From Callorhinchus milii (taxonomy: Eukaryota), in NCBI RefSeq assembly GCF_018977255.1, contig NW_024704742.1, forward strand, positions 21,826,001 through 21,890,000: a DNA stretch of 64,000 nt. Reading direction: 5' to 3'. The notes under the pieces are model-generated. The model saw only the letters and a list, made by a program, of their open reading frames with translations. It was not told where the DNA came from and ran no database searches. Positions 63,405 through 64,000 of the stretch are shown one piece after another. How positions within the stretch are numbered: the first letter of the stretch is position 1; the number at the start of each line of letters is the position of its first letter. A program made the translations under genes and the position numbers.

Positions 63405-63552
63405 TTCTAAAGGATAGAGGGATTAAGGGATATGGCGATAGGACGGGTAAATGGAATTAGGTTAGAAGATGAGCCATGATCTTATTAAATGGTGGGCAGG
63501 CTCGAGGGGCCAAATGGCCTACTCCTGCTCCTACGACTTATGGTATTATGGT
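63405..63552 (+). mobile_element. CR1-type LINE 3' end inserted in a Deu-domain SINE
   Basis: GAGGGGCCAAATGGCCTACTCCTGCTCCT followed by (TTATGGT)-like terminal repeats. Minus-strand equivalents at ~5504-5593 and ~19941-20032. Confidence 0.75.
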
Positions 63553-64000
63553 CAAATACACAGTCCCTGCAGTCGCCAATTGTCTGTGGAGCACTTTGAG
63601 ATGAAATTCTAAATTTTGGTACAGCATTACAAGAATTATTATCTGAGTCATTGATTCAATTTGACAAGGCAGCCCTGGGACACAGCTCTTAGCCACCCTT
63701 TATTTGGGAATCAAATGCTTGCTTACTGTGAGTAACTTCACTTTATTTAGGTGACCTTCTTTTGTGCCATGTGATTTTTCTCACTATTACAAATTCTAGT
63801 AATGAATAATGCGCTTGAATAATTAAGAGAAATGAGCCAAGCAGTTGTGGTATTTTATGGATGGAGGTGAAAGTGAGAGAGAGAGAGAGAGACGTCAGAG
63901 TTCCTCAATTCCAGAAATGTATTTCAGTTAGATTATTGGGTGAAGAACAACAACATTTATTATAACGTCCTTCACGCGGGGTTGTGTCTCAGAGCGCTTA

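Overview
Vertebrate genomic DNA. The tRNA-headed Deu-domain SINEs, L2-clade LINEs and CR1 3' ends suggest a cartilaginous fish, possibly a holocephalan (inference, not checked). Two genes lie head-to-head. On the minus strand is OTUD4 (OTU deubiquitinase): 14 coding exons from ATG 18795 to 2065, all with GT-AG boundaries, plus a probable 15th exon running off the left edge. On the plus strand are ZNF827 coding exons 1 (44621-44663, MPRRKQ NuRD motif) and 2 (58849-59865). The rest is introns and a ~26 kb intergenic region rich in SINEs, LINE fragments, MITE-like elements and G-rich or CA-rich tandem arrays. I found no clearly new biological system. The best leads are: an apparent 1-nt frameshift in OTUD4 exon 7; a gene order that differs from human (no SMAD1/MMAA between the genes); a chain of minus-strand exon-like segments in the intergenic region; an 8-bp-TSD MITE; a long diverged inverted repeat; a three-level nested retroelement; a uORF cluster before ZNF827; and a switch-region-like G-rich array. 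Gene identities rest on recalled human protein sequences, not a database search. Repeat boundaries are approximate.
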